Part shown: positions 56,101 through 64,000 of the stretch, piece after piece | How positions within the stretch are numbered: position 1 is the first letter of the stretch | Layout of the letters: the number at the start of each line of letters is the position of its first letter | Virus record (IMG/VR): IMGVR_UViG_3300045988_109767 | Coordinates: 1 to 64,000 of that record | Source: a virus | Direction: 5' to 3' (one strand) | DNA length: 64,000 nucleotides | Position numbers and translations under genes: made by a program | Notes under the pieces: model-generated | Told to the model about the DNA's origin: nothing | Databases searched by the model: none | Seen by the model: the letters and a program-made list of their open reading frames with translations, nothing else

Positions 56101-57031
56101 TTTCCTTAATACGAACGTAAATAGGTTCCCTGTAGAAGATGCGTTGAAGCACAAAAGCCGTCTTCTTGAAGAAGGTAGGCCTGGTAAAACAGTGGATATT
56201 TATCAGATAGACGGCATGAAAATGGGGTATAATTTTAGTGATAAGCAGCTTGCTGATTATCCGTTTCAAGGTGGTAACATAGATTCTCCTGTTGTTATAT
56301 ATGAGGATCCACCAGAAGAAGGAGGTGTTTTTGATTACACTTATGTTTCATCGCTTGACCCCTATAAATCTGACAAGGCTGATACTGATTCTGTTGGTTC
56401 GTTTTATGTACTTAAAAGATATGTAAAAATCAACGATCCATTTGCTTATTGCATAGTAGCATCATACGCATCACGTCCTCCATCTTCCGATGATTTTTGT
56501 AGGAATTGTGAAATACTTCAAGAAGCGTATGGGGCCAAGTGTCTTATGGAGAATGCCGACCGAATGTATGAATTTTATCTTACGAGACGAAATAAGCAGC
56601 TTATGTTGCTGGAAGATGGCGAACGTCTTGCCGGTAAGATTATTCGTGCTGGCGCCCGTCAGAACAACAAGCTCGGTTTGGCTCCTACGGTTCCCAATCA
56701 GCGTATGCTTTTCAATACCGTTATTCAATATTGTTGGGAGGATGTTGTTGTTGGGTATGATGATGATGGTAATGAAATAACACAGAAAGGTATTTACCGT
56801 ATCCCTGATATAGAACTTCTTGATGAGATCATAGCCTTCGGCCCTGGGGCCAACACCGACCGTATCATAGCCTTCGGCCACGCTCTTCTTCTGGCTAAGT
56901 ATTATGATGATATGGGTTACATGCCTGAAAGTACGACTCAGAAGGAGAATCAAAAGAAGAGAGAGCGCAAGAAGATAGAACAGGTCAAAGGATTTACGGT
57001 AAGAAGACATAACCCTTATAAAATGAGGTGA
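53165..57031 (+). CDS. terL: terminase large subunit precursor with two in-frame inteins (exteins 53165-53503, 54227-54637, 55736-57031; about 681 aa after splicing)
   Basis: Walker A GCRRFGK|T is restored across intein 1; Walker B SIYDEVG; the C-terminal nuclease-domain region is acidic; lies directly upstream of the portal gene; ATG at 53165 preferred over 53120. Confidence 0.8.
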   Translation: MNINSKELYINMGNDIPLWNDLYSYEEQDNDVKQFWENEAMKLLNGVTINGVFIHPWLYWHINFWKMMIDVGDDRIPGNSQLRDNEWMFAEFLKQAEEENKGIFMFGCRRFGKALLDSEILYLEDREKMIGNIVVGDKIYDDKGNLVEVVGVYPQGKVTTYRVVFEDGRNVICCGNHQWRVNHGGKWHVRSLRSIAGLDYKSMSIPVGEALNYPTAKLPVPPSAYASMLAAYLGGYGGDMFFDKYVCKKFLRSSIDQKKDFIENFIRSFRNVVTGEEELMLSHIDMDVINFVQRMFWASGWYAKLEGNKLILSRNRKELKIRSISIYGKEHATCITVDNDSHLFLTTNYIVTHNTAIMSSLLARNATMTYNLTHNVIGASKEDLANMGEYLEFGLDNLPPYLTINRTGNDWTKEVVLGTRNINNQRDVHARIRITNVDDGKTRGSLKTAGGTPYTSIYDEVGKFPVLGAWLAGRPAHMMHGRMRGVCLMAGCCCAGTIVYKSNGEPCRIEDLKQEDGIIGFDNISSKAVSQDITWMKPPAEKECYRITTKRGRVLECSGDHPILTVVKKRKGKFRYFGSDFRRADSLRVGRKICVSDGVDIWGDKKMFDPYLVGILIGDGSYGFDKTPIVSTSDDEVYDYIRSKYECCIEKQYKTKDGKDYREIRIKGICHELRELGIYGQTKKNKTLPLNIHSYRREDVIMMIRGYFDADATFYSNNNNRDHRISLGSCNRHLLEEVKDVLFKFGIHSTISYSPSKNPADRSIILDSYVCNILDKLSMLKYCDIIGTDIGYRREKLDSIRKFGSNFSTFGSFRSKYLDGVIIERIDKIEYIGIKPVYNLTASDTHTYIANGIITHNTGGNVEKSQDAQKIMNSPDEYGFIIMNYDILNKRVIKPTWRICKSGCFVPAQMSHAYEKKETTLDKYLGVENAPGLKKIKIKVSDFDKNTGIIKSRLDELVKKDRALYVQERMAFPLSIDDCFLNTNVNRFPVEDALKHKSRLLEEGRPGKTVDIYQIDGMKMGYNFSDKQLADYPFQGGNIDSPVVIYEDPPEEGGVFDYTYVSSLDPYKSDKADTDSVGSFYVLKRYVKINDPFAYCIVASYASRPPSSDDFCRNCEILQEAYGAKCLMENADRMYEFYLTRRNKQLMLLEDGERLAGKIIRAGARQNNKLGLAPTVPNQRMLFNTVIQYCWEDVVVGYDDDGNEITQKGIYRIPDIELLDEIIAFGPGANTDRIIAFGHALLLAKYYDDMGYMPESTTQKENQKKRERKKIEQVKGFTVRRHNPYKMR
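53504..54226 (+). mobile_element. intein 1 (241 aa) in the TerL P-loop, starting with Ala instead of Cys/Ser (class-2-like), with a degenerate endonuclease region
   Basis: Block A ALLDSEILYLED; block B CGNHQW; blocks F/G ATCITVDNDSHLFLTTNYIVTHN followed by the +1 residue Thr; LAAYLGGYGGD is a LAGLIDADG remnant. Confidence 0.6.
54638..55735 (+). mobile_element. intein 2 (366 aa) with a double-motif LAGLIDADG homing endonuclease
   Basis: Block A CCCAGTIVYKSNGEPCRIEDL; block B SGDHPILT; LAGLIDADG motifs YLVGILIGDGSY and IRGYFDADATF; blocks F/G PVYNLTASDTHTYIANGIITHN followed by the +1 residue Thr. Confidence 0.75.
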
Positions 57032-57073
57032 CGAGAACAAATTCCTTATCTTTGTGAAAAATAGGATAATAGG

Positions 57074-59833
57074 ATGGAATATTTCAATAGAGATCAGGCT
57101 TTTCCGGCCAGAGGAGTATTTTCAGGTTTGCCGGTACAGGCGATACCTACCAAGAGAAAAACCAAGGAGTGGTTTAAAGCCACTATGGATTCTCTTGAAT
57201 TGATTGGTTTGAAGCAGCTTGATGAGAACCAGAAGTTCAAGGATTTTTATAGAATGATGGAAGGTAAGTTATCCTTTATGGAGCTGAAAGACGTAATTCC
57301 TTATCTTAAGGATGTTCAGTCTATAAGGGACAATGTAAATATTCCATCATTCTTACGTCATTATGATATAATAGGTACGATCGTAAACGCTTTTGTAGGA
57401 TGGTTGGGCAACCTTTCTGACAAGTATAATGTAGTTGGATTGGACGAATCTGAAGTGAATCAGTATTCTGCCACGAAGGAGAATCTCCTTCATAATTACA
57501 TTAAAGAGGAATTGGACAGAAGGATTAGGCAAGAATTGTTAAATAGGGGATTGGATCCGGATTATAATAATTTTGCAAGCGAAGAAGAAAAGCAGGCTTA
57601 TGCTCAACAGATACAAGAGGTGAAAGCATCTATGACCCCTCCTGAGATAGAGAATTTCATGAATACAAAATGGAAGACTGCCGAGGTTATATGGGGTTCT
57701 CATACGCTTGAAGCAGACAGGGGGCGTTTTTACATGGATGAGATAGACACCGAGAATTTCATCGACTATCTTCTTACCGGTCGTTGTTTTAGAAACTATC
57801 ATGTAGGATACGACTATTATAAGCCGGAGAGATGGTCTCCGTTGAATACGTTTTATTCTAAGACATTAGATAGCAAGTATCCGCAGTACGGTGATTATAT
57901 TGGTCGTGTTCATTATTATACTGCCAATGATATTATAGTAAGGTGGGGGCATCTTCTTACGGCAAAAGACAAGCAAAAGCTTATAGGAGGTGCTGATAAT
58001 TTCAATGGTACTTATAACAATGGTGATAATGGAAGCTATGTAAGTTTATCCAAATCGGCGAGTGTAGGGATGTTATATCAGAATAAGGTAATACCTTGGA
58101 AAGGATATAATGATTATGCTTCTATAAAAGCTTATGAGGATTATTACGGTATTCCAGCCGGCACATATACCGGATACGATAGTAATGGCAACGAATATCA
58201 CAGAACCAGATTCATGCCAAATTTAGAGCATGGTAATTATTATAACCGTGCCCAGAGTTTAAGCGACGAGCATGTTCGTAGTGATTTGTATCAGGTAACT
58301 GAATCATATTGGGTATCCCCGGCTCAGGTGTATGTAATTACCTACCAAACTGAAACCGGATTAGTAACTACCGAAATGGTAACCGACGAGCTTCTTCAGG
58401 ACTTTTTACAGGAAAATGGTATTAAGAAAATTACCAGAACCATGAGTAAGGGAATGGAGAACCCGGAGATTAATACCTATTTCGTAGATTACGTTCCACA
58501 GGTAAGGTACGGGGTTAAAATCAGTGGAGGTGCCCTCGCTCAGGACAACCTGTATCTGGATGGAGAACCTATTGATCACCAGATAAAAGGGGATAGCAAC
58601 ATCTATGACTTTGTTCTACCCGTTGCCGGATATATTGGTACTTCTATGGCTAACAGGATTCAGCCATATCAAATATTTTATAATTTCTCCATAAATCAGA
58701 TAAATAATATTCTTGAAAAGGAGATCGGTAAATTCTTCTTAGGAGATATAAATCTGGTTCCAAGTGAATACAAGGATTTGGGTGAAGATGTGGCTGATAT
58801 ATGGGCTAATCTTCTTGATGTAGCTAAGTCTGTAGGTGCTCTGACATTAGATACCTCATCTCAAAACACGAAAGGTGGTGTCCCTTTCAACCAGTTTGCT
58901 GTCTATGATTTGTCCCAGACAGAGCAACTTAAAACAAGAATGGAACTTGCTGAATGGTCGAGGATGAAATGTTTTGAAATGGTTGGTATCACGCCTCAAG
59001 TAATTAACGGCCCCAACAGGTATGAGACCGCCACCGGGGTCCAGCAGGGCGTTACAGCATCTATGTTACAAACACAGATATACTTTGATAACTTCGGTTA
59101 CTTCAAGAAACGCGCTTTGGATCTTCATCTGGCTGTTGCTCAACAATGTCAGGAAGAAGGAAAGGATATTTCTGTAATGTACACAAAAAGTGATCTTACC
59201 AGAGCGTTTTTATCTATAGGAACCGACGGTCTTAGTCTAAGGCATCTTGGTGTTCAGGCATTATCTAATTCCAAGAAAAGGGATGAGCTTGAGAAATTTA
59301 AAACTTTCATGTTGCAGCTAAATACAGCCGGAGGCGATATTTACGATCTTGCATCTATCTTCACATCAGATTCTATGGTGGAACTTATACAGAATGCAAG
59401 GAATACTCGCGCATACAACGAGCGTCAGATGCAGCAGCAACAACAGAATCAGATGCAGCTTAACCAGCAACAGATACAAGCTGAAGCTGCTGAGAAGGAT
59501 AAGCAACGTCAGCATGAACTTGCTTTAGAAGACAAGAAAGGTCAATACCGGATACTTCAAGAGAAGATCCAGGCGGCAGGCAGGGCGGCAGACGCCAAGA
59601 GTGACGCCACCTCCCTCAACTTCCTGGCTTCTGTTTCAGATCAGACCGTAAGGCAAGCTGATATAGAAAGTAAGGAAAGGATAGAGGATAAGAAAATTGA
59701 AAACGATTCCAAACTTCATGATGATGAAATGAGAATGAAAATGGAAGAGTTAAAATTAAAATCCAAAGAGCTTGCTCAACGAGCGAGGGAAGACGCCACT
59801 AAAAGGTATGTAGCCGGAATCAATAAGAATTAA
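57074..59833 (+). CDS. portal protein (large, crAss-like size class)
   Basis: 919-aa ORF directly downstream of terL; Gln-rich, coiled-coil acidic C-terminus; assigned by synteny and size only. Confidence 0.5.
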   Translation: MEYFNRDQAFPARGVFSGLPVQAIPTKRKTKEWFKATMDSLELIGLKQLDENQKFKDFYRMMEGKLSFMELKDVIPYLKDVQSIRDNVNIPSFLRHYDIIGTIVNAFVGWLGNLSDKYNVVGLDESEVNQYSATKENLLHNYIKEELDRRIRQELLNRGLDPDYNNFASEEEKQAYAQQIQEVKASMTPPEIENFMNTKWKTAEVIWGSHTLEADRGRFYMDEIDTENFIDYLLTGRCFRNYHVGYDYYKPERWSPLNTFYSKTLDSKYPQYGDYIGRVHYYTANDIIVRWGHLLTAKDKQKLIGGADNFNGTYNNGDNGSYVSLSKSASVGMLYQNKVIPWKGYNDYASIKAYEDYYGIPAGTYTGYDSNGNEYHRTRFMPNLEHGNYYNRAQSLSDEHVRSDLYQVTESYWVSPAQVYVITYQTETGLVTTEMVTDELLQDFLQENGIKKITRTMSKGMENPEINTYFVDYVPQVRYGVKISGGALAQDNLYLDGEPIDHQIKGDSNIYDFVLPVAGYIGTSMANRIQPYQIFYNFSINQINNILEKEIGKFFLGDINLVPSEYKDLGEDVADIWANLLDVAKSVGALTLDTSSQNTKGGVPFNQFAVYDLSQTEQLKTRMELAEWSRMKCFEMVGITPQVINGPNRYETATGVQQGVTASMLQTQIYFDNFGYFKKRALDLHLAVAQQCQEEGKDISVMYTKSDLTRAFLSIGTDGLSLRHLGVQALSNSKKRDELEKFKTFMLQLNTAGGDIYDLASIFTSDSMVELIQNARNTRAYNERQMQQQQQNQMQLNQQQIQAEAAEKDKQRQHELALEDKKGQYRILQEKIQAAGRAADAKSDATSLNFLASVSDQTVRQADIESKERIEDKKIENDSKLHDDEMRMKMEELKLKSKELAQRAREDATKRYVAGINKN

Positions 59834-59838
59834 GGATT

Positions 59839-59895
59839 AAATATCCCCAAATTTCATTAGAAAATCTCTAATAAAATTTGGGGATATTTAATTTT
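59839..59895 (+). terminator. 16-bp perfect inverted repeat AAATATCCCCAAATTT / AAATTTGGGGATATTT followed by a T-run
   Basis: Arms at 59839-59854 and 59874-59889, 19-nt loop, then aatttttag. Confidence 0.55.
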
Positions 59896-59947
59896 TAGTG
59901 AAGATTAAACACTTATAAGTTTTTTATCTGAAATATAGGTATTTAAA

Positions 59948-59955
59948 TATTTTTG
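59948..59955 (+). promoter_or_regulatory. TAnnTTTG element (TATTTTTG) 4 nt before ATG 59960; the mRNA would be leaderless or nearly so
   Basis: Exact motif match. Confidence 0.35.
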
Positions 59956-59959
59956 CAGT

Positions 59960-61126
59960 ATGGGAAAATTAGAAAAAAATGGAATAGTAGAATTGGACGA
60001 TATTTTTAGTATCGGTCCGGTTGATGATGTTTATAATAGGGAAGAAGATATTCTGCCTATTAATGGTAATGAACCGGCTAAAAAAGATGAGAAGCCTGTA
60101 GAAGAAGGTTCTCAAATTAAAGAAGAGTCGGTTGTTGATCCTACTCCTGATCATAAAGAGGATAAAAAAGGAGAAGAGAATGTAGTTGATGTTAATCAGG
60201 ATCAGGTAGAGACCCCGGTTGTCAATTACAGAAAAGTATTGGATGCCCTTTCTTCAAGGGGAATCATTCCCGATTTGAAAGATGTGGTGTTTAGCGGTGA
60301 AAATGGCGAAGAGATTACTATTAATGATCTTGATTTTAGTAAAGAAGATTCGTTGTGTGATATACTGTCTACCGTCCTTGAAAGCCAGAAAGAGGATATT
60401 GTTAAGGATAAGATAGATGTTACTTCTGTTTCTGATATTACTAAGAAGCTTATTCAGGCCGATAAGGCCGGAGCTAATATCGTTGATATTCTTAAGCAAT
60501 ATGATACGAATGTAGCTCCTATAGAAAAGCTTGACATTGAAAACAAAGCAGATCAGATAAAGATCGTTCGCCATTATGTTGATCTTCTTGGGTTGCCCAA
60601 AGATGAAGCTGATGAGTTTTTCAAAGGCATTATCAATAAAGGCGAAGAGTATGTTGAAGCAAAGGCTATAAAGTACAAGGCTGAGCTTGATAAGAGAATG
60701 GATGATATTATTCAGCAACGTACTAAGGAGGCTGCCGACAAGAAGGCGAAGGATGCAGAAGATTTTAGAAGGTATAAGAAAGACCTTAAGTCTTCTATCC
60801 AGGCAAAGTATCAGCTAAATGACACTATGGTATCTAAAGCTCTTGATTTTGCTCTAAAACCTTCTGAATCAAATCCCGGAATTACTAAAGCATTTAATAG
60901 GGTAAGGGAGATGATGATGAATCCGGAAGAGGCGCCAGATTTGATTATGTTTCTTATGAACCCAGGAGAGTTCATAAAACAGAAGTCTAATCAAGCTGTA
61001 GTTGATGAGAAAAAGAAAATTTATAAGCTCATCAGCCACACGAATAAAGACAAGAGGGTGGCTCCGGTAGATGATAGAGGTGATCAAGTTCAAGGTGTGA
61101 AGTTCGATGAAATCAGTATAGATTAA
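59960..61126 (+). CDS. acidic, helix-rich protein between the portal and capsid-like genes (scaffold-like)
   Basis: 388 aa, rich in Glu/Asp/Lys; position typical for a scaffold gene. Confidence 0.4.
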   Translation: MGKLEKNGIVELDDIFSIGPVDDVYNREEDILPINGNEPAKKDEKPVEEGSQIKEESVVDPTPDHKEDKKGEENVVDVNQDQVETPVVNYRKVLDALSSRGIIPDLKDVVFSGENGEEITINDLDFSKEDSLCDILSTVLESQKEDIVKDKIDVTSVSDITKKLIQADKAGANIVDILKQYDTNVAPIEKLDIENKADQIKIVRHYVDLLGLPKDEADEFFKGIINKGEEYVEAKAIKYKAELDKRMDDIIQQRTKEAADKKAKDAEDFRRYKKDLKSSIQAKYQLNDTMVSKALDFALKPSESNPGITKAFNRVREMMMNPEEAPDLIMFLMNPGEFIKQKSNQAVVDEKKKIYKLISHTNKDKRVAPVDDRGDQVQGVKFDEISID

Positions 61127-61148
61127 AAATTAAAACATTTTTTCGTTC

Positions 61149-62849
61149 ATGGCTAATGTACTTTTAACAAAAAATTTCCCGGCCACCATGAATGGTGACA
61201 CGGTGATTGGATATACCGACGCTAAAGTCGTTAAGCAAAGTATCGTAGAACACGATCTTAGCTCTTTAGAAGATTGGTACTACGAAGATCCGGATAAGAA
61301 CCATCTGGGTATGCTTGAGTTGTTTTCTAACATTACAAACTATCCTCTGCCTATGTATATGGGTATGATCAAACAGGATGCTACTATTACCGTAAATGGT
61401 ATCAATGGTTCATTCCGTTATGATCTTCCGGTATCAGAAACGTATGAGGTGGTTACAGTAGAAGACACGTCTTTGAAATATGCAAAACCCGGTATTGATG
61501 AAAGCTTCTTCGAAATTGTGTTGAATGCACAATTTAAACAAGGAGATGTTATTACTTACGATGTGATTAACGGTTGCCAGGCTCTTATCTCTACAGAGCG
61601 TCCTCCTAAACAAGAAGGTGAAAACTGGAGATACTGGTGTAAGCTGTGGGGTCGTTCTCGTGCTAAATACTTCCCGAAAGACATGCTTCGCGCTGGTATT
61701 AAATACTGGAAGGTAACAAACGTTCTTGGTGAGTTCTCTACTCAGTTCTCTGGTGTAGGAGGTGCTTCTAAGGCCGGTTCTATGACTTGTGAATTTACGC
61801 TTGGTGGACACCGTGGTGTTGAAGGTGAAACGACTATGTACGCTGGTATTAAGTCTTTGGCTTATGCGGACGAACGTACACAGAATTTCATCGACAAGGC
61901 TTACCAGAAAGTTCGTCAGCTTTCTGAAATCAGAGGAGGTGATGCAAGTTATGCCATTATCGGTTCTCGTCTTGGTGACGGAAGCATTGATATGCGTACG
62001 GCACGTGTAGCCAATACAGTGTCTTTGTTCTGTTTGGCTGAGTTGGCTAAGATGGAAGCATACGAACTTATGTTCATGCGTGGAGGTAGAGTTAAGGGTC
62101 ATAATGGTGTTTTGATGAAAAACGAAGGTTTGTACCATCAACTTCGCCGTGGTTTCGTTATCTCATATGCACGTCCGGGCGGTATCAAGCGCGAACACTT
62201 CCTGGCTGCTGCTGACTATATTTTCCGTGGTCGTAGCGATATGCCGATTGAAAATCGTGTAATGAAATTCAAGGTAGGTGCTATGGCTTACAAGAATATC
62301 GTTGAGATTTTCCGTGATGAGTTCTTCTCTCAATTAGGCGCCTTAGCTCCGCTTATGGGTACAGAACGTATCATCAATAACCCGGTAACAGGATCAAATG
62401 ATGCTCTTGAATTAGGAACTGTAAAGATCAAGGGCGTTACTATTCCGGGTATTGGTAAGGTCATTGTAGAACACGAACCTTCTTTGGATTACGTTGATAT
62501 GGTAGATAGAAGCCAGTTGGTAGACGGTATGACTCCTATCACATCATATTCATGTATTATGGAAGACTTGACCGCTCCTGAATATTCCAATGCATTCGCC
62601 GGTATTCCTGCTTCATCCGAAGCTCGTATTGGTAATATCAACAGCAACGTATTCTACGTTAAGCCTGATATCGGTTCTATGTGGTGGGGTTACGAACAAG
62701 GTAGATGGTCATCCAGAGTATCGGCTCAAGAAATTGTATCCAGCCATCCTCGTATGTCAGAACAATTCTGGTGCCACTCTGTATCGGCTTGTTGGGTAAA
62801 AGATACCAGCCGGTTCGTAACAATTGAATTGTTACCGAGTTCTTTGTGA
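61149..62849 (+). CDS. major capsid protein candidate
   Basis: 566 aa; follows the scaffold-like gene; immediately followed by the strongest intrinsic terminator in the window. Confidence 0.4.
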   Translation: MANVLLTKNFPATMNGDTVIGYTDAKVVKQSIVEHDLSSLEDWYYEDPDKNHLGMLELFSNITNYPLPMYMGMIKQDATITVNGINGSFRYDLPVSETYEVVTVEDTSLKYAKPGIDESFFEIVLNAQFKQGDVITYDVINGCQALISTERPPKQEGENWRYWCKLWGRSRAKYFPKDMLRAGIKYWKVTNVLGEFSTQFSGVGGASKAGSMTCEFTLGGHRGVEGETTMYAGIKSLAYADERTQNFIDKAYQKVRQLSEIRGGDASYAIIGSRLGDGSIDMRTARVANTVSLFCLAELAKMEAYELMFMRGGRVKGHNGVLMKNEGLYHQLRRGFVISYARPGGIKREHFLAAADYIFRGRSDMPIENRVMKFKVGAMAYKNIVEIFRDEFFSQLGALAPLMGTERIINNPVTGSNDALELGTVKIKGVTIPGIGKVIVEHEPSLDYVDMVDRSQLVDGMTPITSYSCIMEDLTAPEYSNAFAGIPASSEARIGNINSNVFYVKPDIGSMWWGYEQGRWSSRVSAQEIVSSHPRMSEQFWCHSVSACWVKDTSRFVTIELLPSSL

Positions 62850-62861
62850 TCATAACTTTTA

Positions 62862-62912
62862 GTATTAACTTGCGGTCGGCTTTAAAACCGGCCGCAAATT
62901 TTATTTTTTAAG
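62862..62912 (+). terminator. rho-independent terminator: 10-bp GC-rich stem plus U-tract
   Basis: TTGCGGTCGG-ctttaaaa-CCGGCCGCAA then attttatttttta. Confidence 0.7.
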
Positions 62913-62923
62913 GATATATAAAA

Positions 62924-64000
62924 ATGGGAAAAAAGATTTTTGAAGAAAGCCATGAGTCTAAGAAACTGCTGGCTACCGTAGGAGGAATGAAGATATATTC
63001 CGACTCTATTTATGTTATAACAGGTAAGATGGATGAAGAAGCTCCTTCCGGATATCAGGAAAGAGGCATTTCCAAGACTCCTTTCCCTGGTAACAAGACA
63101 GTATCTTGTTGTGGATGGGATAAGGATCTTAGGGTGTATGATACCGGTTTCTTCATCAATTCAGCATGTTATAAAGGTTACTCACTTGAAGACAAGAAGA
63201 ATGAAATGGATATGCGTATTAAGAATATTCGGTATCCGTTTGAAGAAACTGTCAATGAGGACCTGGATCAAAAGAACTTCGATTTCTGGGATTCTTACAG
63301 AATTGACTTGTATGATGGTCGTCTGTTCTACACTAATGACGTTCGTGATTTATTTGAGCTGTATATAGCTATTTTATCCAAGTCTCTTACTCCTAAAGAG
63401 GAAGACGGTAATCCGATGTATGTCGAATCTTATTATTGTGTAGAAGACAAGACTACGGCCGTAGATATCAGGAAACAACGTCAGATTGACAAGGCTGATA
63501 TTTTATACGAGTTCATGAATAAACTGAAAGGGTCAGAGGCTGAAAGGAAAAGCATTTACGATCTGCTTTTGTATCTTGACATCATATATAGCGTAGAGCT
63601 TGATCAGAGCATGGTTCAATACATATTTACTAATTGGATTGATGCCAAGAATACGAACGTCGACATGTATAAAGAAGCAAGCTCAAGGTTCTTATCTGAC
63701 GACGAATCTTCCGAAGGGATGCAGGTGATTAAATTCCATCGTATGATCAGGGAAATGATCGAGGGCCTGGCTGTCACCGTCAACACCGACGGACTGTATC
63801 TGAATGGCGAGCTCCTGGGCGCCGACGCCATCTCTGCATCTATGGCTCTTGCTTCCAATAAGTCGATGTTAGAAACCAAGTCACGTGTTCTGGAAGCGTA
63901 TAATGCTTTAAAGAACAAGCATAAAAAAATAGAAGGAGATAAGTCTGACAAGAAGAAAAAGGAAGACGAAAAAGGTTTTGATATTGATCAATACGCTGAT
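62924..64000 (+). CDS. hypothetical structural-block protein, 3'-partial (runs off the window end)
   Basis: ATG at 62924; open reading frame MGKKIFEESHESKKLL... continues for more than 358 codons to the window end. Confidence 0.45.
   Translation, partial: MGKKIFEESHESKKLLATVGGMKIYSDSIYVITGKMDEEAPSGYQERGISKTPFPGNKTVSCCGWDKDLRVYDTGFFINSACYKGYSLEDKKNEMDMRIKNIRYPFEETVNEDLDQKNFDFWDSYRIDLYDGRLFYTNDVRDLFELYIAILSKSLTPKEEDGNPMYVESYYCVEDKTTAVDIRKQRQIDKADILYEFMNKLKGSEAERKSIYDLLLYLDIIYSVELDQSMVQYIFTNWIDAKNTNVDMYKEASSRFLSDDESSEGMQVIKFHRMIREMIEGLAVTVNTDGLYLNGELLGADAISASMALASNKSMLETKSRVLEAYNALKNKHKKIEGDKSDKKKKEDEKGFDIDQYAD

Noticed and set aside
56471-57040. 189-aa minus-strand ORF
   Set aside because: Antisense within the terL C-terminal extein.
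60254-62141. Minus-strand ORFs 60254..60718, 60869..61093 and 61434..62141
   Set aside because: Antisense to the scaffold-like and capsid-like genes of the rightward block.
63033-63951. ORFs 63033..63368 (+) and 63616..63951 (-)
   Set aside because: Embedded in or antisense to the longer partial plus-strand gene starting at 62924.

Overview
This window is an AT-rich (roughly 33-36% GC) segment of a large double-stranded DNA phage genome, almost certainly from a phage of a Bacteroidota host. The evidence for that host is a BACON-domain gene, TAnnTTTG-type -7 promoter motifs, and the lack of Shine-Dalgarno sequences. The layout has two blocks, as in crAss-like phages. Positions 1-50131 are a nearly gap-free leftward (minus-strand) array of about 90 mostly small genes, including DnaB-like helicase, a primase-like protein, a RecB-family exonuclease, a PIF1-like helicase, thymidylate synthase, dUTPase, an SSB-like protein, a RuvC-like resolvase and an array of four tRNAs. 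That block is interrupted by one rightward BACON-domain gene with its own bidirectional terminator and by a gene-poor, repeat-rich region of about 5 kb (30.6-35.6 kb) that contains tandem repeats, palindromic sites and three degenerate tRNA-like elements. After a divergent control region (50.13-50.43 kb) a rightward morphogenesis block begins: small proteins, a large terminase subunit carrying TWO inteins (one starting with Ala inside the P-loop, one carrying a LAGLIDADG homing endonuclease), a portal protein, a scaffold-like acidic protein and a capsid-like protein each followed by a strong terminator hairpin, and the 5' part of another gene. Accessory content of interest includes a flotillin (SPFH) / NfeD / acyl-carrier-protein membrane module, a DHH phosphoesterase + HAD phosphatase + HExxH trio, a minimal ABC-type ATPase next to a DUF1566-like protein, a pol-beta-type nucleotidyltransferase and a tandem paralog pair. 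All calls rest on motif reading of the supplied translations; no database search was possible.
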